A stretch of 36,959 nucleotides of DNA from Clostridiales bacterium. Its GTDB lineage: Bacteria > Bacillota > Clostridia > Oscillospirales > Oscillospiraceae. Positions 17,033-26,006 of the stretch are shown one piece after another; positions within the stretch are counted from its first letter, which is position 1; every line of letters starts with the position of its first letter. The stretch lies in assembly GCA_021205375.1 (NCBI GenBank), contig JAJPXR010000060.1, positions 1-36,959 on the forward strand. The letters are read 5' to 3'. Below the pieces are notes generated by a model that worked only from the letters and a program-made list of their open reading frames with translations, was not told where the DNA came from and ran no database searches. The position numbers and the translations under genes are program-made.

Positions 17033-17806
17033 ATGACCCAGGACGAACGCAGAGTATATCTAATCAAGGCGCTTCTCGCGGAGGCCCCCCGGTATCAGGG
17101 AATGGAGATACCCGCCGACGTGTTCCAGCAGAAGCGGCTCCTCCGGGCGCTGTTCAATGTGCGAATGCCGAAGCCGGTCAGTCAGGACTTCCTGACGGTG
17201 CAGGACGCCTATTTGCAGGAGGCGACCCGACAGAAGGGGATTACGGACCTTTCCGGCCTGACGCCTGTGCAGGAGGGCCTCTATCTCTGGCAGGGGGACA
17301 TCACCACCCTGCACTGCGGGGCCATCGTCAACGCCGCCAATTCGCAGATGCTGGGCTGTTTCTGCCCCAACCACGGCTGTATTGACAACGCCATTCACAC
17401 CTATGCGGGGGTGCAGCTTCGCGCCGCCTGCGCTGAATTGATGGCGCAGCAGGGGAATGAGGAGGAAACCGGCGCGGCCAAACTCACGCCTGCGTTCAAT
17501 CTCCCCTGTGACTATGTACTGCACACTGTCGGCCCCATCGTCGGCCACTGGCTCACCAGAAAAGACAGAGAACTGCTGGCCTCATGCTACCGCTCCTGCC
17601 TGGAGCTGGCGGAGCAAAACGGGATTCAAAGCGTTGCGTTCTGCTGCATCTCCACCGGAGAATTTCACTTCCCCAACGACAAGGCGGCGGAGATCGCCGT
17701 CAACACCGTGAAAGAGTACAAGCAACAAACCCACAGCAAAATTGAGGTGATCTTCAATGTTTTTAAGGACATCGACCTGGAAATCTACCAAAACCTGCTC
17801 CAATAA
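17033..17806 (+). CDS. Protein-ADP-ribose hydrolase (Zn-binding macrodomain)
   Basis: WQGDITTL, IVNAANSQMLGCFCPNHGCIDNAIH, HTVGP, AFCCISTGEFHFP. Confidence 0.93.
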   Translation: MTQDERRVYLIKALLAEAPRYQGMEIPADVFQQKRLLRALFNVRMPKPVSQDFLTVQDAYLQEATRQKGITDLSGLTPVQEGLYLWQGDITTLHCGAIVNAANSQMLGCFCPNHGCIDNAIHTYAGVQLRAACAELMAQQGNEEETGAAKLTPAFNLPCDYVLHTVGPIVGHWLTRKDRELLASCYRSCLELAEQNGIQSVAFCCISTGEFHFPNDKAAEIAVNTVKEYKQQTHSKIEVIFNVFKDIDLEIYQNLLQ

Positions 17807-17953
17807 CATCGAACGGCTGAAAAACGAGCTGGAGACGGCGGACGCCATCGTCATCGGCGCCGGAGCGGGGCTTACTACTTCGGCGGGGATGCGCTACGAC
17901 GGGGAGCGCTTTGAAAAATATTTCTCGGACTTTCACAGGAAGTACGGCATGCC
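17757..17953 (+). pseudogene. Truncated macrodomain-linked sirtuin (SirTM-like), 5' fragment only
   Basis: ADAIVIGAGAGLTTSAG..YDGERF..YFSDF..KYG is the Sir2/SirTM N-terminus; similarity ends at ~17950, where antisense acyl-CoA dehydrogenase sequence begins. Confidence 0.85.
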
Positions 17954-18561
17954 CATCTTCTTTTCTTTCTTGCCAAAGGTAAAGCCGGGGGTGCCTTTCT
18001 CCACCACAAAGGCGGAAATGCCCCTGGTCCTCTGGCTTGGGTCAGTCACGGCGCTGGTAAAATAGATGTCCGCATAGTAACCGTTGGTGATAAAGATTTT
18101 GGAGCCGTTGAGCAGCCAGTGGTCACCCTTGTCCTCGGCTTTTGTGCGCTGGCCGCCGCCCAAATCCGTACCGGCTTCCGGTTCCGTGCATCCAAACGCG
18201 CCCAGCTTTTCGCCCTTCATCAGTGGCAGCAGGTATTTTTCCTTTTGCTCTGGCGTCCCAAGCACGGAAAGTGCAAAAGCCCCCAGAGAGTGGTGGGCGG
18301 CAAACATGATGGAGTGGTGGCGCAGTATTTTGCCAGTTCCTCCACCATGGCGATATAGGCCAGATAGGAGTGTCCGCCGCCGCCGACCTCTTTCGGGTAG
18401 CAGACCCCCATCAGATTCATCTCGCCCAGACGCTTGAATGCCTCGGACGGGAAGCGTTCCTGCTCATCCAGTTCCGCTGCCAACGGAGCGACCTCATTGA
18501 CCGCAAACTCGTGGATTTGTGCCAACAACCGTTGTTCTTCCTCCGTAAAGTGAAAATCCAT
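17946..18561 (-). pseudogene. Acyl-CoA dehydrogenase (butyryl-CoA dehydrogenase-like) pseudogene, frameshifted and 3'-truncated
   Basis: MDFHFTEEE..EVAPLAAELD..YPKEVGGGG..EELAK in one frame, then AAHHSLG..GAFGCTEPEAGTD..LNGSKIFITNG..GISAFVVEKGTPGF..KKMG in another (1-nt slip near 18315); C-terminal half absent. Confidence 0.9.
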
Positions 18562-18716
18562 TGTTCTTCCTCCTCGTGTCATTTTTGAACGGGCATTGTA
18601 TTTCAGCGCTTGCCATCTCCCGCCCTCTGGATTATAATAACATCAGAAGCCGTTCAGAAAAAGCGAATGATTTGAAATGCAGGATTCGGCTTTTTCGTAC
18701 AATTTGGGAGGATACG

Positions 18717-19634
18717 ATGGACACGAAAAATCTTGCCACACTGGTTGCCATTATAGAAACCGGCAGCTTTCAAAAGGCGGCAACGCAGCTCAATTATGCG
18801 CCTTCCACTGTTACCTCTCAGATACGGCAGTTGGAGGACGAACTCTCCATGAAGCTGTTTGAAAAGGTCGGACGAAAAATGGAGCTGACCCAGGCGGGGC
18901 GGGACATTCTGCCGTTCGTCAGGGCCATTTTGCAAAACGTGGAGCAGATCAACAACTATCACAAAGACATCTCAGAAATCACGGGGACCCTGCGGCTGGT
19001 CGCGCCGGACTCGATTTTTATCTATCTCATGCAGCCCATCATCAAGGAAATTATGTTTGAGGCCCCCAGGGTCAATCTGGTTTTCAATTCGCTCCCCTCG
19101 GAGGAAATCAATCAGGCCATCGTCAATGGAACTGCGGACATTGGAATCGACTGCGATAAGGGCCACTTCCCGGATACGGTGGCGCATCTGCCCGGCAGAT
19201 CATTCCAGGCGTGTTTGATCGCTTCGCCCTTTATGGCCCCAGATGAACGTGATTTCACCACCCCACACCAGCGGAAAGCGGTCAGCATGATTCTGAACGA
19301 ACCGTATGCAAATTATCAGAAAGGAATCTCTGCTTATTTTGACCGAAAGGACATTGTATTGAACCCCGACATGAAGCTGCAAAGCATCGAGGCGGTCAAA
19401 AGAAGCGTCATGAACAACCTGGGGATCGCCTATGTTCCGCAGTTTTCTGTGGAGGAGGAATTAAAGAATGGCTCTTTGCTCCGATTGGAGACGGAGTTGG
19501 ATGACAAATCGTTTCCAGGGGTAATTGTGTTTCACAAAAACAGGTGGGTCAGTCCGCAGATGGAATTGGCGTTTCGGATTTTGCAGGAGCAAATTGAGGT
19601 TGACTACAGGAAATATAAGAATAGCACTAATTGA
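18717..19634 (+). CDS. LysR-family transcriptional regulator
   Basis: GSFQKAATQLNYAPSTVTSQIRQLEDEL..LFEK..LTQAG; 305 aa; divergent from the dehydrogenase relic. Confidence 0.95.
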   Translation: MDTKNLATLVAIIETGSFQKAATQLNYAPSTVTSQIRQLEDELSMKLFEKVGRKMELTQAGRDILPFVRAILQNVEQINNYHKDISEITGTLRLVAPDSIFIYLMQPIIKEIMFEAPRVNLVFNSLPSEEINQAIVNGTADIGIDCDKGHFPDTVAHLPGRSFQACLIASPFMAPDERDFTTPHQRKAVSMILNEPYANYQKGISAYFDRKDIVLNPDMKLQSIEAVKRSVMNNLGIAYVPQFSVEEELKNGSLLRLETELDDKSFPGVIVFHKNRWVSPQMELAFRILQEQIEVDYRKYKNSTN

Positions 19635-19847
19635 CTGTTGTAAAACAGAGTATATGATAACAACAGGAAGCCCATGTACAAACAATGAGCGCCTGCCAGA
19701 GAATGTGCTGACCGGACGCGCAGAAAGACCGCGTTAAAAACCAATGTCACAACCCATTACATCCTTTATGGTATCAGCCTTGCGCAAGTCATTTATCTTG
19801 GGTAAACCAGCGTGATACAATGCAATCAGGACAAGGAGGTGAACCGC

Positions 19848-21356
19848 TTGACAGACCGTTCCTATATCGCCATTGATCTGAAATCCTTCTATGCCTCGGT
19901 GGAGTGCGTAGAGCGGGGGCTTGACCCGCTGACCACCAATCTGGTGGTGGCCGACCAGAGCCGTACAGAGAAAACCATCTGCCTTGCGGTGTCCCCCTCT
20001 TTGAAATCCTTTGGGATTCCCGGACGGGCGAGGCTGTTCGAGGTCGTCCAGCGGGTGAAGGAGGTCAACCGGGAGCGTCAGCGCCGAGCGCCTGGCCACA
20101 CCTTTACCGGTTCCTCCAGTGACATCAACGAGCTGAACGCCGACCCGTCTCTGTCGTTGGACTATATTGTGGCCACGCCCCAAATGGCCCATTATATCCA
20201 GCGCAGCACCGAGATTTATCAGGTCTACCTCCGGTTTATCGCCCCGGAGGACATCCATGTGTACAGCATCGACGAGGTGTTTATGGATGTGACCAACTAT
20301 TTGCAGACCTACCGGCTCACGCCCCACGAGCTGACGAGAAAAATCATTCGGGCAGTCTTGCAGGAGACCGGTATCACGGCCACCGCCGGAATCGGGACCA
20401 ACTTATACCTCTGCAAAATCGCTATGGACATCGTGGCAAAGCACATCCCCGCCGATAGGGACGGGGTTCGTATCGCGGAGCTGGATGAGATGAGCTATCG
20501 GCGGCAGCTCTGGACACACCAGCCCCTCACGGATTTCTGGCGGGTGGGGCGCGGTTACGCCAGGCGACTGAACAAATTGGGGCTTCACACGATGGGCGAC
20601 ATTGCCCAGTACAGTCTCAGCAGCTACGGCGAGAATCGACTGTACAAGGAGTTCGGTGTCAACGCCGAGTTGCTGATCGACCACGTATGGGGTTGGGAAC
20701 CCTGCCGCATCTCCGACATCAAGGCTTATAAACCAGAGAACAACAGCATCAGCTCCGGGCAGGTGCTGCAATCGCCCTATGAATTTGACAAGGCAAAGTT
20801 GGTCGTTCGGGAGATGGCGGACGCCCTCTCCCTCGACCTGGTGGACAAGGGGATGGTGGCCGACCAAATCGTGCTGACCATTGGGTATGATATTGAAAAC
20901 CTGACCGACCATGAGAGGCAGAAAGCCTATAAGGGCGAAGTCACTACCGACCACTACGGCAGGAAGGTTCCCAAGCAGGCCCACGGCTCCATCAATCTGG
21001 GGCGACAGACGGCCTCCACCATGCTCATCACCAACGCCGCTATGGAGCTGTTTGACCGCATCGTTGACCGGAATTTGCTGGTGCGGCGGATGTATGTGGT
21101 CGCCAACCATGTGGTCAGCGAGGACATGGCCAAGCCACCGGAGCCGGAGCAGCTCGACCTGTTCACCGACTATGCCGCGCTGGAGCAGCAACGGGAAGCG
21201 GAGCAAGCGGCGCTGGAAAAGGAAAAGCGGCGGCAGAAGGCCGTCCTCGCCATTCAGAAGAAATTCGGGAAGAACGCCCTGCTGAAAGGCATGAATCTGG
21301 AGGAAGGCGCCACCGGCAAAGACCGCAACGCACAAATCGGAGGGCATAAGGCATGA
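19848..21356 (+). CDS. Y-family DNA polymerase (UmuC/ImpB-like)
   Basis: YIAIDLKSFYASVEC, YSIDEVFMD, ATAGIGTNLYLCKIAMD, FWRVGRG, clamp motif QLDLF, C-terminal IGGHKA; TTG start after AAGGAGGTGA. Confidence 0.93.
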   Translation: MTDRSYIAIDLKSFYASVECVERGLDPLTTNLVVADQSRTEKTICLAVSPSLKSFGIPGRARLFEVVQRVKEVNRERQRRAPGHTFTGSSSDINELNADPSLSLDYIVATPQMAHYIQRSTEIYQVYLRFIAPEDIHVYSIDEVFMDVTNYLQTYRLTPHELTRKIIRAVLQETGITATAGIGTNLYLCKIAMDIVAKHIPADRDGVRIAELDEMSYRRQLWTHQPLTDFWRVGRGYARRLNKLGLHTMGDIAQYSLSSYGENRLYKEFGVNAELLIDHVWGWEPCRISDIKAYKPENNSISSGQVLQSPYEFDKAKLVVREMADALSLDLVDKGMVADQIVLTIGYDIENLTDHERQKAYKGEVTTDHYGRKVPKQAHGSINLGRQTASTMLITNAAMELFDRIVDRNLLVRRMYVVANHVVSEDMAKPPEPEQLDLFTDYAALEQQREAEQAALEKEKRRQKAVLAIQKKFGKNALLKGMNLEEGATGKDRNAQIGGHKA

Positions 21357-21928
21357 GAGCGATTGAACACCGCTGCTCCTATGTGAATCTGAAAAACCCA
21401 CTCTACGTCCGGTATCACGATGAGGAGTGGGGTGTGCTGGAACATTCCGACCAGAAGCTCTATGAGCTGTTAATTCTGGAATCCTTTCAGGCAGGTCTGT
21501 CCTGGGAATGTATCCTGAACAAGCGGGAAAACTTTCGTATTGCCTTTGACGGGTTTGACATCGACAAGGTCTGCACTTACGATGAGGCAAAGTGCGCAGA
21601 ACTGATGGGCGATACTGGCATCGTCCGCAACCGACGCAAAATAACAGCGGCAGTCAATAACAGTATCGTTTTCAAAGCAATTCAGCAGGAGTTCGGCTCC
21701 TTCGATGCGTATATCTGGGGCTTCACCAACGGCGAAACCATTGTAGAGGATTATCACATTCGCACCACCTCTCCGCTCTCCGATACCGTCTCGAAGGATT
21801 TGAAAAAACGGGGCATGAAGTTTGTTGGCTCCACCATTATCTATTCCTACCTCCAGGCTATCGGAGTGCTGAACGCGCACGGGGAGGAATGTGATTTGTG
21901 TCCCCATAGATTGGAGGCAACGCCATGA
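21353..21928 (+). CDS. tag: DNA-3-methyladenine glycosylase I
   Basis: RC..., YHDEEWG, LESFQAGLSW..IL.KRENFR.AF, GIVRNRRKI, LKKRGMKFVGSTI.YSYLQA.G..NAH...C. Confidence 0.95.
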   Translation: MRAIEHRCSYVNLKNPLYVRYHDEEWGVLEHSDQKLYELLILESFQAGLSWECILNKRENFRIAFDGFDIDKVCTYDEAKCAELMGDTGIVRNRRKITAAVNNSIVFKAIQQEFGSFDAYIWGFTNGETIVEDYHIRTTSPLSDTVSKDLKKRGMKFVGSTIIYSYLQAIGVLNAHGEECDLCPHRLEATP

Positions 21929-22359
21929 GCCAGGATTACAGCGACATCATCCATCTGCCCCATCACGTCTCGGAGACCCGCCCCCATATGTCCATGCGAG
22001 ACCGGGCGGCCCAGTTTTCGCCCTTTGCGGCCCTCACCGGTTACGATGCCGCCGTGAAAGAGACGGCACGGCTGACCGACCAACGGGCGGAACTGGATGA
22101 GGAAATGAAGCAGAATCTTTCTGAGCGGTTGAATTTGATTCAGGAGAATCTGGCGGCAGCTCCAGTAGTGGAGATCACCTACTTTGTCCCGGACGAACGC
22201 AAGGAGGGCGGCGCTTACAACACCGTTACCGGCGCCGTGAAAAAGGTTGATGCGTTTCAGAGGCATGTTGTGCTGACAGATGGGACAGATATTCCAATTG
22301 ATGAAATTATTGAAATCAGCGGAGCAGTGTTCCGGTCTTTGGATGATTCCTTTGTCTGA
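21925..22359 (+). CDS. YolD-like protein (partner of Gram-positive UmuC-type polymerases)
   Basis: YSDIIHLPHHVS..RPHMS..DRAAQFSPFAALTGY, VEITYF, TGAVKKVD. Confidence 0.85.
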   Translation: MSQDYSDIIHLPHHVSETRPHMSMRDRAAQFSPFAALTGYDAAVKETARLTDQRAELDEEMKQNLSERLNLIQENLAAAPVVEITYFVPDERKEGGAYNTVTGAVKKVDAFQRHVVLTDGTDIPIDEIIEISGAVFRSLDDSFV

Positions 22360-22426
22360 TTGACGGGGAGCGGTCTCTCTGGTGGGTGCAATGTTTCGCT
22401 GTATTAAGAAGAAGGGATGATTTACG

Positions 22427-22699
22427 ATGCGGGAAAAGAAAAAAGCGGATGGCTTCAAATATGATTTTACGTTGTCGGAAATGAAAGCGCTGTTGTTCCA
22501 TTCAAGGAAGTGCCCAGCGTGTTCGGGGCAGCTTACGCGAGAAAAGACCTGCGAGAGAGTGGAAGGCCGGGATGTCAATTCGAAGTCTGATCCGTTTTTT
22601 GTCCAGAACGCCCAGGTCAACCACTACGGGTTCCTTTTTCGCTGCCAAAACTGCGGACGAGTATTCACGCTGCAAGAGCTTGCGGAACGCGCCGATTGA
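22427..22699 (+). CDS. Hypothetical small protein with CxxC...CxxC (possible zinc ribbon)
   Basis: KCPACSG and FRCQNCG; AAGGGA upstream. Confidence 0.6.
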   Translation: MREKKKADGFKYDFTLSEMKALLFHSRKCPACSGQLTREKTCERVEGRDVNSKSDPFFVQNAQVNHYGFLFRCQNCGRVFTLQELAERAD

Positions 22700-22808
22700 C
22701 CATATAATACGAGCTGGCAAGCTTTTATGACCACACAACAAAACTATGCGACTTAGAAATTCCATAGGCGTTCAGACGCGCATCAGGGCTAAGGAGTGGC
22801 GTGGAATC

Positions 22809-23324
22809 GTGAGGACAAACAAGAATAGAAAGGATCAACAAATTCTCAATGCGCAACAAATTCAGATGACCATACAAAGTCTGTCCAAGGAGGGGCGGTT
22901 CGCATCAGAAAAAACATTCCTGCACCACAGGGAAACGACAGTGTACGACCATAGTATGCATGTCGCCGAAGTAAGCTTGACGATAGCCAATGCTCTGCCA
23001 TTCTCGTTTGATATGGACTCTCTAATCAGAGGCGCTTTGCTCCATGATTACTTTTTGTACCACAGGAATGAAAGTGTAAAAACTTATGTCACACATGGAT
23101 ACCGGCACCCTGTTATTGCAGCAAACAATGCCAAGGCAGACTACGGGATCAATGACATCGAGGAAAACATTATCCGGCGGCATATGTTTCCGCTGACCCC
23201 TATACCGCCCAAATACAGAGAGGCGTGGGTCGTGTGCGTTGCTGACAAATGCTGCGCAACGATGGAATTTCTTCCGGCAAGGTTTACGAGGCGTCGCCTG
23301 TCAAATGGTCATAGTTACAGTTGA
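22809..23324 (+). CDS. HD-domain phosphohydrolase
   Basis: HH..TTVYDHS..VA, GALLHDYFLY, HGYRHP, IIRRHMFPL, VCVADK; start uncertain (GTG 22809 or ATG 22746). Confidence 0.85.
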   Translation: MRTNKNRKDQQILNAQQIQMTIQSLSKEGRFASEKTFLHHRETTVYDHSMHVAEVSLTIANALPFSFDMDSLIRGALLHDYFLYHRNESVKTYVTHGYRHPVIAANNAKADYGINDIEENIIRRHMFPLTPIPPKYREAWVVCVADKCCATMEFLPARFTRRRLSNGHSYS

Positions 23325-23372
23325 ACGCATCAGCCTCGCATTGCGGTTGGAGCACGAAAGGGGGACAGGTTT

Positions 23373-24053
23373 ATGAATACAGATTTGGATTTTATCATAA
23401 GAACGAAAGACGATTTAATCTGTACGGTGCAGCAGCTTGGCATCCTTCCTCTGTTTCAAAACAGTCTCCACGGCTTCTCCGTGGAGGAACACGTCGCACC
23501 CTCTGCATGGTTCTCCGATGAGCCGGGTGTGTGGGAGTGGAAAGGCCCGGTCATTCAGGAGGCGGGCTGTGCCTACGGGAAATTCTTCGAGAAAAAAGCG
23601 GCGTTCATCAGCGCAGAGTGGTTTCCGGACTTCGCCAACTACCGCAGAGACGGGTATGACTTCGATGCGCGATTTGACGATGGGCTGGCCTCGTACAAAG
23701 ACAAACAGCTTTTTGATTTGGTGGACGCCCGTGCGCCGGTGCTGTCCAAAGCACTGAAACGGGAGGGCAACTACAGAAAGGGCGGCACGACCGGCTTTGA
23801 TACCTCCATGAATCGGCTGCAAGCCCAGGGTTATGTAGTCATCAGCAACTTTGTTTACATGAAAGACCACTACGGAAAAGAGTACGGCTGGGGTGTGGCG
23901 GAGTATTCTACGCCGGAGAAGTTCTTCGGAGAAGCGTTTACCAATGCGGTTTATCAGCGCCAACCAGAGGAATCTTTTCAGCGCATACTGGAGCACTTGC
24001 ACATGATTTTGCCGGACGCTTCGGACAAGTCTTTACGCAGTTTTCTCAAGTGA
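23373..24053 (+). CDS. Conserved hypothetical protein, possibly AlkZ-related winged-helix
   Basis: Clean ORF with RBS; WEWKGP, AYGKFFEKKAAFIS.EWFPDFANYRR, RLQ.QGYV, YGWG. The family assignment is from recollection and unverified. Confidence 0.55.
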   Translation: MNTDLDFIIRTKDDLICTVQQLGILPLFQNSLHGFSVEEHVAPSAWFSDEPGVWEWKGPVIQEAGCAYGKFFEKKAAFISAEWFPDFANYRRDGYDFDARFDDGLASYKDKQLFDLVDARAPVLSKALKREGNYRKGGTTGFDTSMNRLQAQGYVVISNFVYMKDHYGKEYGWGVAEYSTPEKFFGEAFTNAVYQRQPEESFQRILEHLHMILPDASDKSLRSFLK

Positions 24054-24203
24054 CGTCTCTGAAATAGCGCTGTTTTTCGAGAATTTAGGGATGTTTTCGC
24101 TCCATTGCTCGCACTCCCGCTGTTAGAAAAGCGAATGAGGACGAGATTGCTGCGTACAGGTGTAATCGAGAAGAAATCCAACAGGAAAGGCAACGGTGAC
24201 AAT

Positions 24204-24806
24204 GTGAATGTCTTGAAAAAGTTGGAGCCGGACGAGCTGCGAATCATTTACAAAGAACATATCAGAGAGGACTTTCCCCGTGGAGAGCGCCGCCCTCTGT
24301 TTGCGATGGAGAGGATGCGGAAAACAGGACGATATGACTGCTATGGCTATTATCGGAATGACAGCCTGCTTGCATATGCCTGTTATATTCTGACCCAGAG
24401 CGGTTCTTATGCGCTGCTGGATTACTTCGCTGTTATCCCCGAATTGCGCGGCCAGGGAATCGGCAGCGAGTTTCTGCGGAGCTTGAAAGGAGCTGTGTCC
24501 GCAAAAAGCGGCGTGTTCATCGAGGCCGAAAGTCCCGATTCGGCAAAGTCGGAGGATGAGAGGCGGGTGCGGGAACGCCGCATCCGTTTCTATCTGTCGA
24601 ACGGCGCAAAACAGACAAACTCAAAATGTTTGCTGTTTGGAGTGGACTACAATATCCTGTTCATCTCCACTGACGATGTTGCCAACACGCGGGAAAAAGC
24701 GGCGCAGCACCATGCGGAAGAAGAGCTGTATCGGGAATTATATGGACGGGCGTATGGACATTTGTGTAAGCCATATGAAAGCAGCGCCAAACAGGATGCA
24801 CGATAA
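24204..24806 (+). CDS. GNAT family N-acetyltransferase
   Basis: DFPRGERRP, LDYFAVIPELRGQGIGS, RRIRFYLSNG; start uncertain. Confidence 0.85.
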   Translation: MNVLKKLEPDELRIIYKEHIREDFPRGERRPLFAMERMRKTGRYDCYGYYRNDSLLAYACYILTQSGSYALLDYFAVIPELRGQGIGSEFLRSLKGAVSAKSGVFIEAESPDSAKSEDERRVRERRIRFYLSNGAKQTNSKCLLFGVDYNILFISTDDVANTREKAAQHHAEEELYRELYGRAYGHLCKPYESSAKQDAR

Positions 24807-24847
24807 GAAATGCCTATTTTGTTTATCATCAGGAAGGGAGCCTCACC

Positions 24848-25609
24848 ATGAAATTTTATGAAATCACGTTCAGCCCAACCGGAGGGACGAAGAAAGCCGC
24901 CGACATTTTGAGCCGCAGTCTGTCGGAACAGACGGTAGAAATCGACTTGTGTGACCGGAATGTTGTTTTTTCAGAGATAGCGCTTGCAGAGGACGATGTT
25001 GCCCTGATTGCCGTTCCATCCTACGGTGGGCGTGTCCCCCAGACTGCGCTTGACCGGCTGTGTGCCTTATCCGGGAACAAAGCCAGAGCAGTCCTTGTGT
25101 GTGTTTATGGGAACCGTGCCTTTGACAACACCCTTGCTGAGCTGATGGACGCCGCAGACAAAGCTGGGTTCAGACCGGTTGCCGCTGTTGCTGCCCTGGC
25201 GGAACACTCGATTGCCCGGAAGGTCGCGGCTGGTCGGCCAGACGCGGAGGATGAAAAGCGGTTGAAAGAGATGGCAGTCCAAATTCGCCAGAAGCTCGGC
25301 GGTGCGGATCGTTCAGTTCCAGAAGTTCCCGGCAAAGTCCCGGAGAAACCCGGAATGCAGACTCCCGGCATGGCGCCGAACGCTTCGGATGCCTGTGTCA
25401 AGTGCGGCCTCTGTGCCGAAAAATGTCCCGTTGGGGCAATCGATCCCGTGACGATGAACCCGGACTCGAAAAAGTGTATCAACTGTATGCGGTGCATTTC
25501 CGTCTGCTCCGTTGGAGCAAAGAAGTTAGGCCGTGTTATCACCAGCGTGGGCGGAGTGGCGCTGGGCGTTCTCTGTGCCAACCGGAAGGAATGTGAGCTG
25601 TTTTTATGA
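24848..25609 (+). CDS. Flavodoxin-ferredoxin fusion (EFR1-like)
   Basis: FSPTGGT, PSYGGRVP, VYGNRAFDNTL.EL, GRPD; CVKCGLCAEKCP and CINCMRCISVC. Confidence 0.88.
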   Translation: MKFYEITFSPTGGTKKAADILSRSLSEQTVEIDLCDRNVVFSEIALAEDDVALIAVPSYGGRVPQTALDRLCALSGNKARAVLVCVYGNRAFDNTLAELMDAADKAGFRPVAAVAALAEHSIARKVAAGRPDAEDEKRLKEMAVQIRQKLGGADRSVPEVPGKVPEKPGMQTPGMAPNASDACVKCGLCAEKCPVGAIDPVTMNPDSKKCINCMRCISVCSVGAKKLGRVITSVGGVALGVLCANRKECELFL

Positions 25610-25658
25610 GATGAGGTAAGATAACCGACAATATATTTGCGAACATTCAAGCGATAAA

Positions 25659-25705
25659 CCCGGCAGGACACTGCATTTTTTGCAATGACCTGCCGGGCTT
25701 CTTTT
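25659..25705 (+). terminator. Putative rho-independent terminator
   Basis: cccggcagg...cctgccggg followed by cttctttt. Confidence 0.6.
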
Positions 25706-26006
25706 ATCTGTCTGGTTTACTTTCAGCGATTTAAAATCGGGGAATAAGCCATGTCGTGAAAACCAGTTTGTCAGAGGAACAGCGAATCCACTTTTTCGTG
25801 GCTTCGCTGTTGCTTTTCGTTTTTTGACCCATATCTTATGAGACGGACACGCAACGAGAAGCATAGATGAAATACTAATGGGTCAGACAAAAGATTTACG
25901 GAGACTTTAAAGGTTCGTGGTAGAAGAAATTACACAAAAGCCAGTATCATTGTTTACGGTCTTACAAAGACCAAATAAGAGAGAACGATCAAGGAGGCGC
26001 TGTTTT

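Noticed and set aside
17033-17953. Macro plus SIR2 as a Thoeris-like anti-phage system
   Set aside because: The Zn-macro motif and GAGAGL.TSAG..Y.G.RF start match the SirTM operon type; no TIR gene, and the sirtuin is truncated.
19635-19847. SOS box upstream of the polymerase
   Set aside because: No convincing GAAC-N4-GTTC palindrome seen.
19848-21356. DNA methylase call, as this family is sometimes labelled
   Set aside because: Has Y-polymerase catalytic motifs (D..SFYASVE, SIDE) and no methyltransferase motifs.
20403-21590. 395-aa minus-strand ORF
   Set aside because: Antisense to the polymerase and tag genes; no motifs.
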